From Vicugna vicugna (taxonomy: Eukaryota): a stretch of 64,000 nucleotides of DNA. Position 1 is the first letter of the stretch. Each line of letters begins with the position of its first letter. Positions 48,754 through 59,425 of the stretch are shown piece by piece. The position numbers were made by a program, and so were the translations under genes. Location: contig MU057991.1 of the NCBI GenBank assembly GCA_013265495.1, positions 124,001 through 188,000 of the forward strand. The letters are read 5' to 3'. The notes beneath the pieces are model-generated. The model made no database searches. It was not told the DNA's origin and was given only the letters and a program-made list of their open reading frames with translations.

Positions 48754-50956
48754 CGCTGTGTGTTCATGCCCGTCCTCCCTGCTCCCCAGCCCCCCCTTCT
48801 CAGGAGACGTGCCCGGGGCTGGTTGCAGAGGGCCGTGCCTCGCCGCCCTGACGCCCCAGCCCCGCGAGCCGCGCGGGGCTGGCCGGGGTCAGGCCTGCCG
48901 GGTGCCCTCGGGTCGGGGGTGACTCGCTGCAGGCTCGCGTTCCTTCAGGGCGCCTGCCCGTGCGCGTGTTCAGGTTTCTGATGGGGGAGCCCTGGGGCTT
49001 GTGGGTGTAAAGTAGACACGTCGTGCATAAATAGCAGTCTTTCTGTTTGGGAAGCAATGACCCGCTGTTCCGGGGCTGGCCTCACGGGGCTTTGGGCACC
49101 TCTGGGCTCTGGAATCGCAGCAGGCCTTCTGATCCCACTGCGTCCTCTGCCTCTCCCCGGGCCTGGGGAGGCCCCCCTTTGGCCGTGAGGGCCTCAGGTC
49201 CTCTCGGGCAGGGCCAGATGGGTCCAGAGTTCGCCTGTGAGCCTGCAGACTGCACCTGAGACGCAAGCACGAGCCCCTCCTACCTGGGCCCTCCCACAGC
49301 CGCCCCGGTCTCTGCGGGGGCCTGTCCTATCCGGTCACTCCTGCCCCTTCCAGGCGAGCTCCCCCAGCCTTCCTCCTCCGTTTTCTTTCCTCGCTTTGGC
49401 TGGGAGACTGCTGCTCAGGTGACACAGGTGCTCCCTGATGGGGACCTCCAGGCGCTGGCTTTCAGTGTTTACAGGGAAGGTTTTATAACCTGGAACAGTA
49501 AAAGCAATGGGAAGCATCTTTTTTGGTCTCTCCATCATGTTAACAAAAGCCAGGAGAGTTGAGATTGAAATAAGGCAAAAATTAGAATCTAAACTTCTCG
49601 AGTCTGTCCTGGGCTGTGCCAGCCGCCCTGAGGAGGAGCCGGGCTCGGGAGGGACCGCGTCTCAAGATGGTCACCGAGGACTCATCTGTCACTGATGGGC
49701 TGTGATTATGTGCCCAGTCCTGCGTGTGTGGAGGGGGCAGCTGAGGACAGCTGTTCTTTGGGAAGCCCTCCCCAGAACGCGGTGGACCTCGTCTACCTGA
49801 GAGCCTCGCAGCCTGGACGACACCAGCTGGCTGCCCTGGTCCTGCCTTGGAAAGCGGCCACCCTGGGTAGTCGGGGTCACTGTTGAGGCTCGCCAGGAGC
49901 ACCCACCGCCTTCCTCACAGTTCACACCTTGTTCTTCCGAGGCCTCCTGCCCTGAGCCCACCAGTGGGGATTCTGCCCCGCCCCGCAGTGACTTCCCTTT
50001 CCTGTGGCAGCTGCCCCAAGTCTGTGTCAGATGCAGTAGCCGGGCCCCCCGGCTGAGGCTGTTTGGGGCAGCTCCACCCACGGCCTCTTACGTGCCTTTG
50101 AATCTGATGGCAGTGCTGCCGCTCCGCACCTGCCCGTCGGGTGTATGGTCCGTTCACTCGCTCACGCCCCCTGCCCGCTCAGTGGCCTCATACTGAGCAC
50201 CTTGCAGCCCCAGGCACGGGCTTGTTGGGGACACAGAGAGATGAACAGCAGGCCTCAGGGGCCCGGGGCCTGGAGACGGCTGAGAACGCTGCAGAGCCAA
50301 GCTGGGGGTGCGCAGAGGGGAGCCTGATGAGTTTCGGAGGGTGAGCCCTCTGCCGAGGGCCTCTGTGCCAGGGGGAGGGGTCAGCCCCCCGCTGTGGACC
50401 CTCATCTTATCCCTGGGCGCTCGGTCCAGTGAAGGCAGCCTGAGTGTGAAGATGGGGAGAGTGTAGGGGAGATGCGGCCCCGCCTACGGATCAAAGCCGC
50501 AGGGTCACTCAGACGTGGCGTGCCCTTCCTGGGGTGGGGAGCAGTCCGGCATGTCCCAGAAAGTCTATGGGGTGGTGAGCCACGCTGGCCAGCAGGAAGG
50601 GTGCTGTGCGACGACTCCTGGGGACAGGAGCTGGCTGCCTGGGAATGGGGTGGCTTCCTGACCTTGAAGAGCATGTGAGGTTGGCCTGGCGAACCGGAGG
50701 GCTGGAGGGCTGGGCCCCGCGTGGGAAGAGGCTGAGTGCAGGTGTCGGGCTGACGGGGTGCCCCAAGGCAGCCCTGCTCACAGCCACTGGGGCCGCCCGC
50801 CCTCCTGAGGCTGCCCTGACTGCAGGAGAGTGGCCCGGGCCCTGGTGTGAGTCGTGCCTCGACCTTGACGGTCAGTGCGTTAGAGGTGGCAAAGGTGCAG
50901 GTGCTCGGGTGTCCCCAGGCATGTCACTGACAGGCTGTTTGTCCTGTTTCCCAAAG

Positions 50957-51083
50957 GAAAGCCCCCGCCACCACATCAGGATCCTGGGTCTCTGCTACTA
51001 CTTGTGCCCGGCCTCCCCCAGCTCAGGACCGAGCCCGCCCACTGCTGCGTGGAGGTGGGCCTGGACGTGACCCGCACTGTCAC
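50957..51083 (+). pseudogene. ADCY1: ADCY1 pseudogene, exon-5-equivalent (C1a catalytic domain)
   Basis: ESPRHHIRILGLCYY [1-nt deletion] VPGLPQLRTEPAHCCVEVGLDVTRTVT versus recalled [43 protein letters not shown]. The metal-binding Asp of GDCY is Leu; acceptor aag; donor reads gggagc. Confidence 0.9.
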
Positions 51084-52348
51084 GGGAGCCCATGGGACAC
51101 GGGCCCGCCTGCCACCCCGGGGGGCCCTTGCAGGTCTGCGTCGTCCTGGCTTGTCTGTCCGAGGCGGGCCACCTGTTCTGCGCGCAGAGAACCAGGCCAC
51201 GCGGTGAGGGGAGGGGCGGGCAGCCCCACCGGATCTGCAAAGCCGTGCCTCTGCCATCCCCTCCTGTGCACTTTGCTGGGACTGCGTTTCTTGGTCCACG
51301 GTGATCCCAGGCGTTGTGTGCGTTAGGCAGGCGGAAAGGAGTGACTTTTACAGTTTAACCTGATGAGATGTTCAAGGGGTGGGTGGGGGAAGGGTTGGCT
51401 CCACGCCAACTGAGTTCCAGTTGAAAGGAATCACGTGTGCCTAGAAGCGGGCGGGTGACCAGGGCTCAGGTGCTCTCTGGAGAGAGGGCTGGATGGAGCG
51501 GGTGGGTATTTCTGGAACGCTGGGGGCCTGGCCTGCCCGTGTCTTAACCAGCCTTGTCTCCTCGCAGCTCTTGACTGGGATGAGGAGTTAGGGCGCCTTC
51601 CCTTTAGGGAAGGGAGATGTGGAGGGGGGAGGCTGAACTGGTGGGTGGAGCACAGACCCCCATCGCAGCCTCTCAGCAGCGTGGAGCGGTGGGTGCAGTT
51701 CAGCGGGACGGGGCTCCCGGGGGCTGGTGCAGTTGCCCATTTGGGAGCATGACAGCATAGCACGAGAACTGTGTGAGGAAGACACAGCAAAAGAATGCAC
51801 AGAGCATTCAGACAAAGCCTGCAGAGCTGGGGGCCCACGGCAGGCTCACTGTGCGTCCTTGTGAGGGGGCCGCAGCCGTCCGCATGCCTGCACGGGCTCC
51901 ATCTCCCCATCTGTAGAACGGGAGTGCCGGCCTCATGGCCAGCGGGGCTCTGAGTGAGCTCGGGCTGCAGAGCCCAGGGCGGGGGGACCGGCCTCCTGGC
52001 TGCTGTGTCCGCGGTCTGCGTGCTTCCTGGTGGTGCTGGCCGGTCCTTGGCCTTCAAGGTTCTGGGGAGATTCCTTCAGGACTCCTGGTGGTGCCCGTAG
52101 TGCTTGGACCTTCGTCCCCGACCCCGTGTCCTGCTCCCCAGTGCCAGCTTCTCTCCGTCAGGCCTTGAGTATTAGGGCAGACCCAAGGCAACTCCTTCTC
52201 TGCATCCAGGTCTGGTGCAGGAACAGCGCTCCCTAGGGCTGGAGCCAGCAGCCCCCAGACTGGGGCCAGACGCATTTCCCCAGAGGCCCGCCTTTCTCTC
52301 CGCTTCCCTCCCCCGCTCTGTCCGCCCCCGCCGGCCCCTCACCACGCC

Positions 52349-52406
52349 NNNNNNNNNNNNNNNNNNNNNNNNNNNNNNNNNNNNNNNNNNNNNNNNNNNN
52401 NNNNNN
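52349..52406. other. Assembly gap (58 N) with identical 23-bp flanks
   Basis: ccccgccggcccctcaccacgcc at 52326-52348 and 52407-52429. Confidence 0.95.
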
Positions 52407-53814
52407 CCCCGCCGGCCCCTCACCACGCCCCCCCCCCAGTCATTTCCTTCCCTGGTCACAGCCTCCAGCCCTTGGTGTGAGGACCGGGCCTTGGCACTGA
52501 GACCGACAGTGCGCACCAGCGGGGCTCGTGGGGTCCAGGGCTCAGGGTGCCGGCCCGCGTGCACCCCGCATGGGAGTGCTCGCGTCCTTAACACGGCTGC
52601 TGCTGTTGGGATGGTGAATAAACGGTGGATCAGGAGTGAAGCTGGCGTTCGTCAGTAACCCGCTGTGAAGAGGTCATGGGATGGTTTTGGAATCTTTGGG
52701 GATGTTCCTGCCTGGCCTTCCCGAGGTGGTCCGGCTCTGTCCCTTCTTCCGCTCCAGGACCTTCCTTCTCTGCCCTTCTCCTTGCTGCCCCCTTGCCCCG
52801 TCGTGGGCTTAAGTTGTGTCCTGCCCACATTCGTCATGTTCCGGATGGAGGATTCCCAGTCTAGTTACTTCATCATCATTTGAAGCCCCCCACTTCCTTT
52901 AGCCTTTCTAATTAGGTTTTTCTTTGGAGCTCAGCGAGCGGGCAGCTCGCAGGGCTGGGGCGGGCCAGGGGAACTGAGATCTCACTGCACGCCAGTCACT
53001 CATGGGGGTCTAGGACTGGGTCATACCCCAGGCCCTGGGAAGCAGGTGGCCGGGACGCCCCGTGAACGGGCCTCAGGTTAGCGGGCAGCAGACCCGTCCG
53101 GGCACAGCCACCTCCAGGCGCCCAGCGTGGAGGCTGGCCCTTACGTAGTAACCGCCGGGTGGGGTGGGGCTGGTCACGGCACGGCGGGTGCAGGTGAAGT
53201 GGGGCAGCACCAGCCAGGGCGGGAGGTGTCAGCTACCACCTGCCTTGTCCGTTGAGGAGACACCAAACCTAAGGATCCGTTGGTGGGTGCCGTGGCTGGA
53301 ACGCATTCCGTCTAGTGGCTAAGCCCCGTTTTAGTTTGCGGCAGTGCAGGGGGCCGCGTGGGAAGTCCCCACCTCCTGGGACAAGGCACAGGTGAGGAAC
53401 AGCGGGGGGCAGCACCTCCCGGGGTGTCTGCATCCCACACTCCAGGAGGATCCTAGGATGTCCACCAGGCCTCTGGTCAGTGGTATCAGCCTGGCCGTGT
53501 GGATAAGCCGTCTCCTCTGATGGAGCCTGACCCAGCTGTCATAGCAGAAGCGGATTGACGGGTCTGGGCAGGGGCGGCGTGGGTTTCCTGTGGTGTGGGA
53601 CCTGGGAGGGCTTCTGGGAGGCAGCGTCCGGGCTGGGCCTGCGTCATGTTGGAACAAGGTGGGACGCATGTGAATCAGCCCCGAGTCTTGGAGCAGGAGT
53701 TAGCTTCTGCCGTGAGCTCACAGGCTCGGGGCAGCTGGTGTGTTGTGGGTTTAGATCTGGTTGGACTACGAGCTCCTGCTGCTGGGAGGGACCCAAGGGT
53801 GCGTGTTCTGTGTC

Positions 53815-53840
53815 GTCATGGAAGCTGCCGGCCTGCCTGG
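53815..53840 (+). pseudogene. ADCY1: ADCY1 pseudogene, 3' remnant of exon-6-equivalent
   Basis: gtc atg gaa gct gcc ggc ctg cct gg = VMEAAGLP(G), identical to the recalled end of this exon and ending in the correct phase; followed by gggagc (degenerate donor); lies in the right order between the other ADCY1 exons. Confidence 0.75.
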
Positions 53841-56800
53841 GGGAGCCCGGGACCCTGAGGGCAGCCGTGGGGGATTCTAATCCGACCTTCTGTGTGGGGC
53901 CCCGGGGGAGCCTGGCCGTCTCGGCCCCCCACCGACACGGGAGAGGCTTGTGCTGGGCTGGCTCGGGCGCCCGACCCCATGCACCCCACGGAAAGAGGGC
54001 CAGTGGGCCCTGGAGGAGGGGACAGCGCAGGGACGCCGGCCTGGCCCGGGGCCATCCGGGGAGCTGACGGCCACGCCGCACTCTGCTTTCCGTCTGAGAC
54101 TCGGGGGAAGGTGTTTGGCTTCAGATCCCCACTAGGGAGGCTGCAGCCTTCCCTTAGACCGGGGACGCGCTGCTCAGCGGTCCGTGCGCTTCTGACGCTT
54201 TGTTGTTAAATCTGCCTCCTTTGCGCTCATTTTCTTCAAACCGTTTCTCAAAGCTGAGGCGTAGTTCACTGTAAACAAAAAACTGAAGTACAGAGGCTCC
54301 CCTTCCTGCACTAAGGAGTGGGCAGCAGGACACTGATGTGACCTCGGGACAGGGGGCCCTGAGGCACACGCGCAAGGTCCCGCCGCCCTGGTGTCCTTCC
54401 TTACAGTTCACAGGACGCAACATCACTGCTGCGGGGACCCGCGGTGGCTCCCAGGTGCCGGAGTTGAGCGTTAGGCGCCCGCACGCCCCCGTCTGCTTCT
54501 GCACACGTCCTGCGGACGTCAGGACAAAGCCGTGTGTCCCCTGCGCGGGCCCCTCTGCGCTTCGCCGCCTGCCTCTCCCTGCCCCCAGGCGGCCCGTTCC
54601 CACCCTGCAGGCCTGGTGTGCCCTGGGCGCATCTTTCTCCTCCCTCCCGGCCTGGCCTCGGGGAGGCGGCTGAAATAGGCGGCACCTTCCCGGCTCCCGA
54701 GGCCCCGAGCTGGCCAGGGACAGCGGCATCCGAGGCTGCCCGTCACGTGGAAGGAAGGCCCAGTGGGGTCACGGCCGCAGCCAGCATGGAAGTTAGAATC
54801 CAGCAAGAGACAAGGGGAGGTGGGGGCTCAAATTCTTACTTAAAGCCACGGCTGAAGCAGCCCCAGGAGGCCCTGGCCCTTCTGAGTGAGCTCAGAAACG
54901 ACCCTGGCTGCCTCTGACGTCCCCCTGAGGGGGCACTTGCAGCCACGGACCCCTCCCTGCCACAGCCCTTCCTGCCAGCCTCCACCCTTCAGCTCAGGGT
55001 CTCGGGGCTGCTGTCAGCACCCCCTCACTGTCTCCGCCCCTCGCCCTCCGGCAGCCAGAGCGACCCTGGCTGGCCTCACTCTGCTTCCTCACTGTCCCGC
55101 ACGAAGTGCAGACCCTTGGCAGGCCGGGAGGTGACAGGAGCTGAGGTGCTGCGCGGCCTGTCTGCCCTGCAGCCCCGCATTTTAGGGCCGGCGCAGGGTT
55201 CCCGCTGCCAGGCAGCCCCTCCCCGAGCCCTTCACCCGGCCAGGGCCTCTTTTCAGGTTCGGCCAACCGGCTGCGCTTGCCTCGCTCCACCCGCCAGCCC
55301 GCAGGAGGGGCTGCGTCACCCCTGCCCTGCTCTCTCCCTGGCTGCTGCCCTCCTCTCCTCCATCCCCCATTTCTAAAACATGATCCCCGCTCCGCCAAGG
55401 AATGCCGCCTGCCGGGAGCGCAGTGGTTCCCAGTGCGTGTTGTGCGCCGCTGCTGTTCCGGGGTGGGCGCTGGCAGTGGAGACAGCCCCCGGCCCTGTGG
55501 GGCTCACGGTCTTGGGGGGCCACAGGGAATGCAGGGGGGGTGGAGCACGACACGGCAGGGACTGTTAATCAACACGGGGCTGGGCTTGGGGTCCTGAGCC
55601 TGGGGGTCCTTTGTCATCTGTCAGGCCGGGTCCCCAAGGTGCTGAGATGCGAGGTCTGCTAGGGCCTGGGCAGGGATTTGGGATGGAGGGGTTGAATCTG
55701 GGAGGGTCACAGTTTCTCAGAGGCACTGAAACCCTGGAAACTCCATGCCGATTACAAGAAGGAGAGAAGGTGACGAAGGGCCAAGCCTGGGCCTGGGTCG
55801 CTGATGGCGGGGGAGCGGGGAGGCAGAGGACGAGCAGGGAGTGGTGGGGGCGGTTAGAGGGTGTGCCCCCGGGAGAGGCAGGGCGTCAGCTGCGCTCAGC
55901 GCTGCTCCTGTCGGCAGAGTGAGGGCTGGATGCCGGGTCAGGTGTATGGGGCCAGCGGTGGCCTCAGCAGGGGGTTCAGGGCACAGGGATGGCTTTCGGG
56001 GAGGCAGCACGGCAGGTCGCCCCGGCGGGGGAGCGGAGGGGAGCTGCCTGCCGAGTGGGGGCCAGGGGCTACCCAGCCCGCCCTCCCCGGTGCCTCTAGG
56101 GCCCTGGCACACCTGGCGGGCGCATCCCTCGGGGTCCTGCCCCGCCCTTGGGTCGGGACGGTCACGGGGCTGTTTATTAACCTTCAGAGATTGCCTGGCC
56201 CCTGGAGGTGACGTCCACCCCCAGGCTTCTCCCCGTTTCCTCACTCTGCCTCCCTTTAGGTTTGCTCGGTCTTGCTTTGTTCCTGGTGTGATTTTTCTCT
56301 TGCTTGCATCACCCACCAACCCATCCACCCACCCATCCATCCTCCACACCTCCTGCCATCCATCCATTCAGCGAACATTCACCTCCTACTCATTGGGTAT
56401 TCGGGGAGCGTGGCTGATCAGACAGATGGACGGGTGGACAGACGAGAGGGATGAATCCCTGCTGTGTCTTTACCTCAGCCTCTCATGCCGGACTCCTGAG
56501 ACTTGGTGCATGGGCTCATTCCCAAGGCCGTACGCCCTGGGTGGTGGCCTTGGAGAGGCCAAGGCCAGGGAGGGTGGAGCACCTGTCTGCCCCTCGCGTG
56601 GTGACAGCTTCCGGCTTCTTGGCAGCAGGAGACCGCACACCCCGCTCTGCTGCCCCAAGCGCGCGCGGCTCCTGCTCTGCCCCACGCTGGTGTGCTGGGT
56701 GCTCGTTCCACAGGCCGCCTTGAAGCAGGTGGAACTGGATCCTGAGCAAGTGCCCTCCCCCTGCTCCCAGGGGCCCTCAGGCAGGAGCCATGGTGGGAGC

Positions 56801-57931
56801 CCCCGCGTCCCCCACCCAGCTCCAGGGTGAGGTGTGGGGGCCCTCCTGGTCCCAGGTCTCATGTCTCCCCGCCCCTGCCGTTGTGGACAGGACAGTCTCA
56901 CTAGTAACGGGGCTGCTGGTGCCGTGGCCTTGGAGGTGGCAGACACTGGGCACCCCCATGCTCTGTCCCCGGGGAAGGAGAGCTCGCGTGGCTGGCTGTC
57001 TCCCCCCCAGCACGTGCTGGGGTGCGATCGCCCCGGGTGAGTGTGGGCAGCGCTCACTGGTGACGGAGCTCTGGCCACCTAGTGGCCTTGCTGCTCAGGA
57101 CCAGCCAGGCCTCATTTCTCTGCGGGTGCAGACAGGGACCCTGGGTGCCGTCCGTTCCCACCGCGTGCGTTTAGGGCCCCCTGCGCTCTCCTCTTTTCCA
57201 GGCCTGGAAGGCTCTGTGCTGAGCGCCCTGGCTGACGTTCCTGTCTCCCTGTGGGCCCTTCAGCTCAGTGACAGGAATGCGTCCATCTCTGTTGTGGAAG
57301 CAAAGACGGGAGGGACGGAGGGAGGGAGGGAGGACCAGTGAACGCATGAGCGGACACGTATGCGTTTCTAGAGACCGTTGGTGGCTGGCGCCCCTTTGCA
57401 GTTCAGGGCCAGGCCGATGGGGTGACCGTGTCCCAGGTGCTCTCAGGGCCAGCCGCAGGGGGACACTCACGTCTGCCTCAGTGCCCTGTGTGTCCCCCTC
57501 CCCACCCCCCCCCAGGCCCGCAAGGAATTGAGGAGACTGTGCAGTGATGTGAGGACCTGGCGCTCAGGCCGTGCTGGAGGGCGGGAGCTCAGGCCGCGTG
57601 TCTAGGTTACGTGGGGGCCGGTTCTGCTCAGGTTATGCCAACTGCGAATTTCCCCTTTTGTCACCAGAAAGGCCACTTGGGAGCAGGGGCCTGTTCCCGC
57701 CTGCCCCCGTTGTGTGGGGGCAGCGCGGGCCTGGGGTTGGGCCGGGTCCTCCCACCCTGTGGGTTTTGGGGACAGACTGCCCACTGGGGAGGGGCCTGGC
57801 TTCCCCCCGCACCTGGCCACCCTCTCCTTCCCCATCGTCTCTGCCACGTCCTGACACTTGCTTCTTGTCTCCCTGCGGCCCCTGCTGCCCTTAGCCTGAA
57901 TGCTTCCACATCTCTGCCTCCTTTTCTGTAG

Positions 57932-58071
57932 GGAGGTTCGCATCACACAGACCACCCTGGCGTGCCTGAGCGGTGACTCTGAGGTGGAGCCGGGCGATGG
58001 ACACCAGAGGAACAGTGTTCTGAAAAGTCACAACATCGAGACCTTTTATTGTGCCCTCGCATCGCCGAAAG
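57932..58071 (+). pseudogene. ADCY1: ADCY1 pseudogene, exon-7-equivalent
   Basis: EVRITQTTLACLSGDSEVEPGDGHQRNSVLKSHNIETF [2-nt deletion] IVPSHRRK versus recalled [47 protein letters not shown]. Acceptor cttttctgtag and donor gtaggt intact. Confidence 0.95.
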
Positions 58072-59284
58072 GTAGGTTCCAGAACCCCTCCCGTGCTGTG
58101 CCTTCTCAGAGACGGACGGCTCCTCCTTCCTCAGATCGCTGCTGCTCAGGCCTTGAGCTCAGTGCACACTGCGGGGTGTCCCCGCTAACCTTGTGTCCTG
58201 GGCCTGCGCTTTGCACTTGTGGGGAGGGCAGTGGGACGGAGCCTGGGGCCAGGGCCCTAACTCCTCCCGCACCTCCCACTGCCTCTCCTGCCGTCAGGTT
58301 TGAGGACCCCCTTCAGGAGGTCAGGGGCGGGGTGCCCTGTGGACTGAGGGGTCTGTGCACACAGAAGGCTTGTGACCATCCTGTGTGGGGCGCTGGAGGT
58401 CACTCTGCCCAGGGAAAGTGACCTGGACATGATCGAGGGTGACTGAGCCACTTCCAGGGACACAAGTAGGTCAGATACGAGGGAGAAGTTCAAGTTCTGC
58501 TGCCTGGGTGCTCCCCCGGGCCCTGGGACGCGCTGGTGCTTGTGTGACTTGGGGACCGTGGACGGGAGTGGCACTGGCCAGGGGAGTGAGATGGGGCTCA
58601 GAGGGGGACAGGCGGATAGTGAGCTGAGTCCTAAGGAAGGGGTGAGTGTCCGGGGGACCTGCAGGTGTGAGCATGGCCGGCAGGAGGGCGGGGGGAGAGG
58701 TCTGGGTGACCCGCCGGGGTCAACGTGGGCACAGGGGAGCGGAGGGCGGGGGCTGAGGACGGAGGCCTGTGGGCCACCTCAGGGATGCAGGGGGCTCTGA
58801 GCCAGGGAGGGAGCCTGGTGCCCTGCAAGGATGCCGCCCTGCCTGTCCTGCAGAATCGAACACCAGGTCGGCTGTGGCTGCAGTTTGGGGGTGAGCGGGG
58901 TGACGAGGTCTGTTCAAGGAGCTGCCCCTTCGGAGAAGCTTGGGGTGAGGAGGAGAGAGAAAAAGGTGAAAGGCACGAGGGGAGCCTGCGGGAAGGCCCC
59001 GGGCCCGTGGGTGACGCTCAGCAGCCTCGCGCTGACCCAGCCGGGCGCAGCCCGTGGGTCCGCCCCAGGACTCGGGGCGTCAGGCTGGCTTTCAGAGGCG
59101 CTGGGGCGTTGGGGAGCTGTGTGCTTGGAACCGGGGTGCCGGCTCCGCTGCCTGCTGTGTCTGGCGAGCAGTGGGCCTTGGGCAGCCGGCCGGGAGCTCC
59201 CTGCTCGTCACACTCGTGCCCCCTCCCGCCAGGCAGGACGTGTGTGTCCATCCCGGCGTCTCTCTTTGCCCCACATCTGCACTG

Positions 59285-59425
59285 ACACTTCCAGGGCTGG
59301 CTCCTCGGACATAAAACCGGCCCAGAGGATGAAGTTCAAGACCGTGCGCTCCCTGCCGCTGCCGGAAGGTGTTCCAGGCGGAGATCCTCTTCTCCAGCGT
59401 CCTGACCTGTGGGGACAGTGACAAG
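59285..59425 (+). pseudogene. ADCY1: ADCY1 pseudogene, exon-8-equivalent (C1b region)
   Basis: TLPGL [-1 nt] SDIKPAQRMKFKTVRSL [~14-nt deletion] CRKVFQAEILFSSVLTCGDSDK versus recalled IFPGLILSDIKPAKRMKFKTVCYLLVQLMHCRKMFKAEIPFSNVMTCEDDDK. Acceptor mutated (ctg), donor gtaggc intact. Confidence 0.93.

Noticed and set aside
50592..50612. GRVLC peptide resembling ADCY1 exon 6 (HTGRVLCG)
   Set aside because: Only five residues, flanks do not match, and it lies upstream of exon 5, out of order.
54315..54350. actgatgtgacctcgg resembling the ADCY1 NDVTLA codons
   Set aside because: Short, needs gaps, and lies downstream of the VMEAAGLPG remnant it should precede; probably chance.
55841..56830. 329-aa ORF and the many other 100-260-aa ORFs in 30-64 kb
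   Set aside because: Pro/Gly/Arg/Ala-rich, many start at non-ATG codons, and they overlap in all frames; expected from scarce stop codons in GC-rich DNA.
58285..58345. PAVRFEDPLQE resembling POFUT2 PEMVRFEPTWEE
   Set aside because: Four-residue core only, inside the ADCY1-derived intron between exons 7 and 8.
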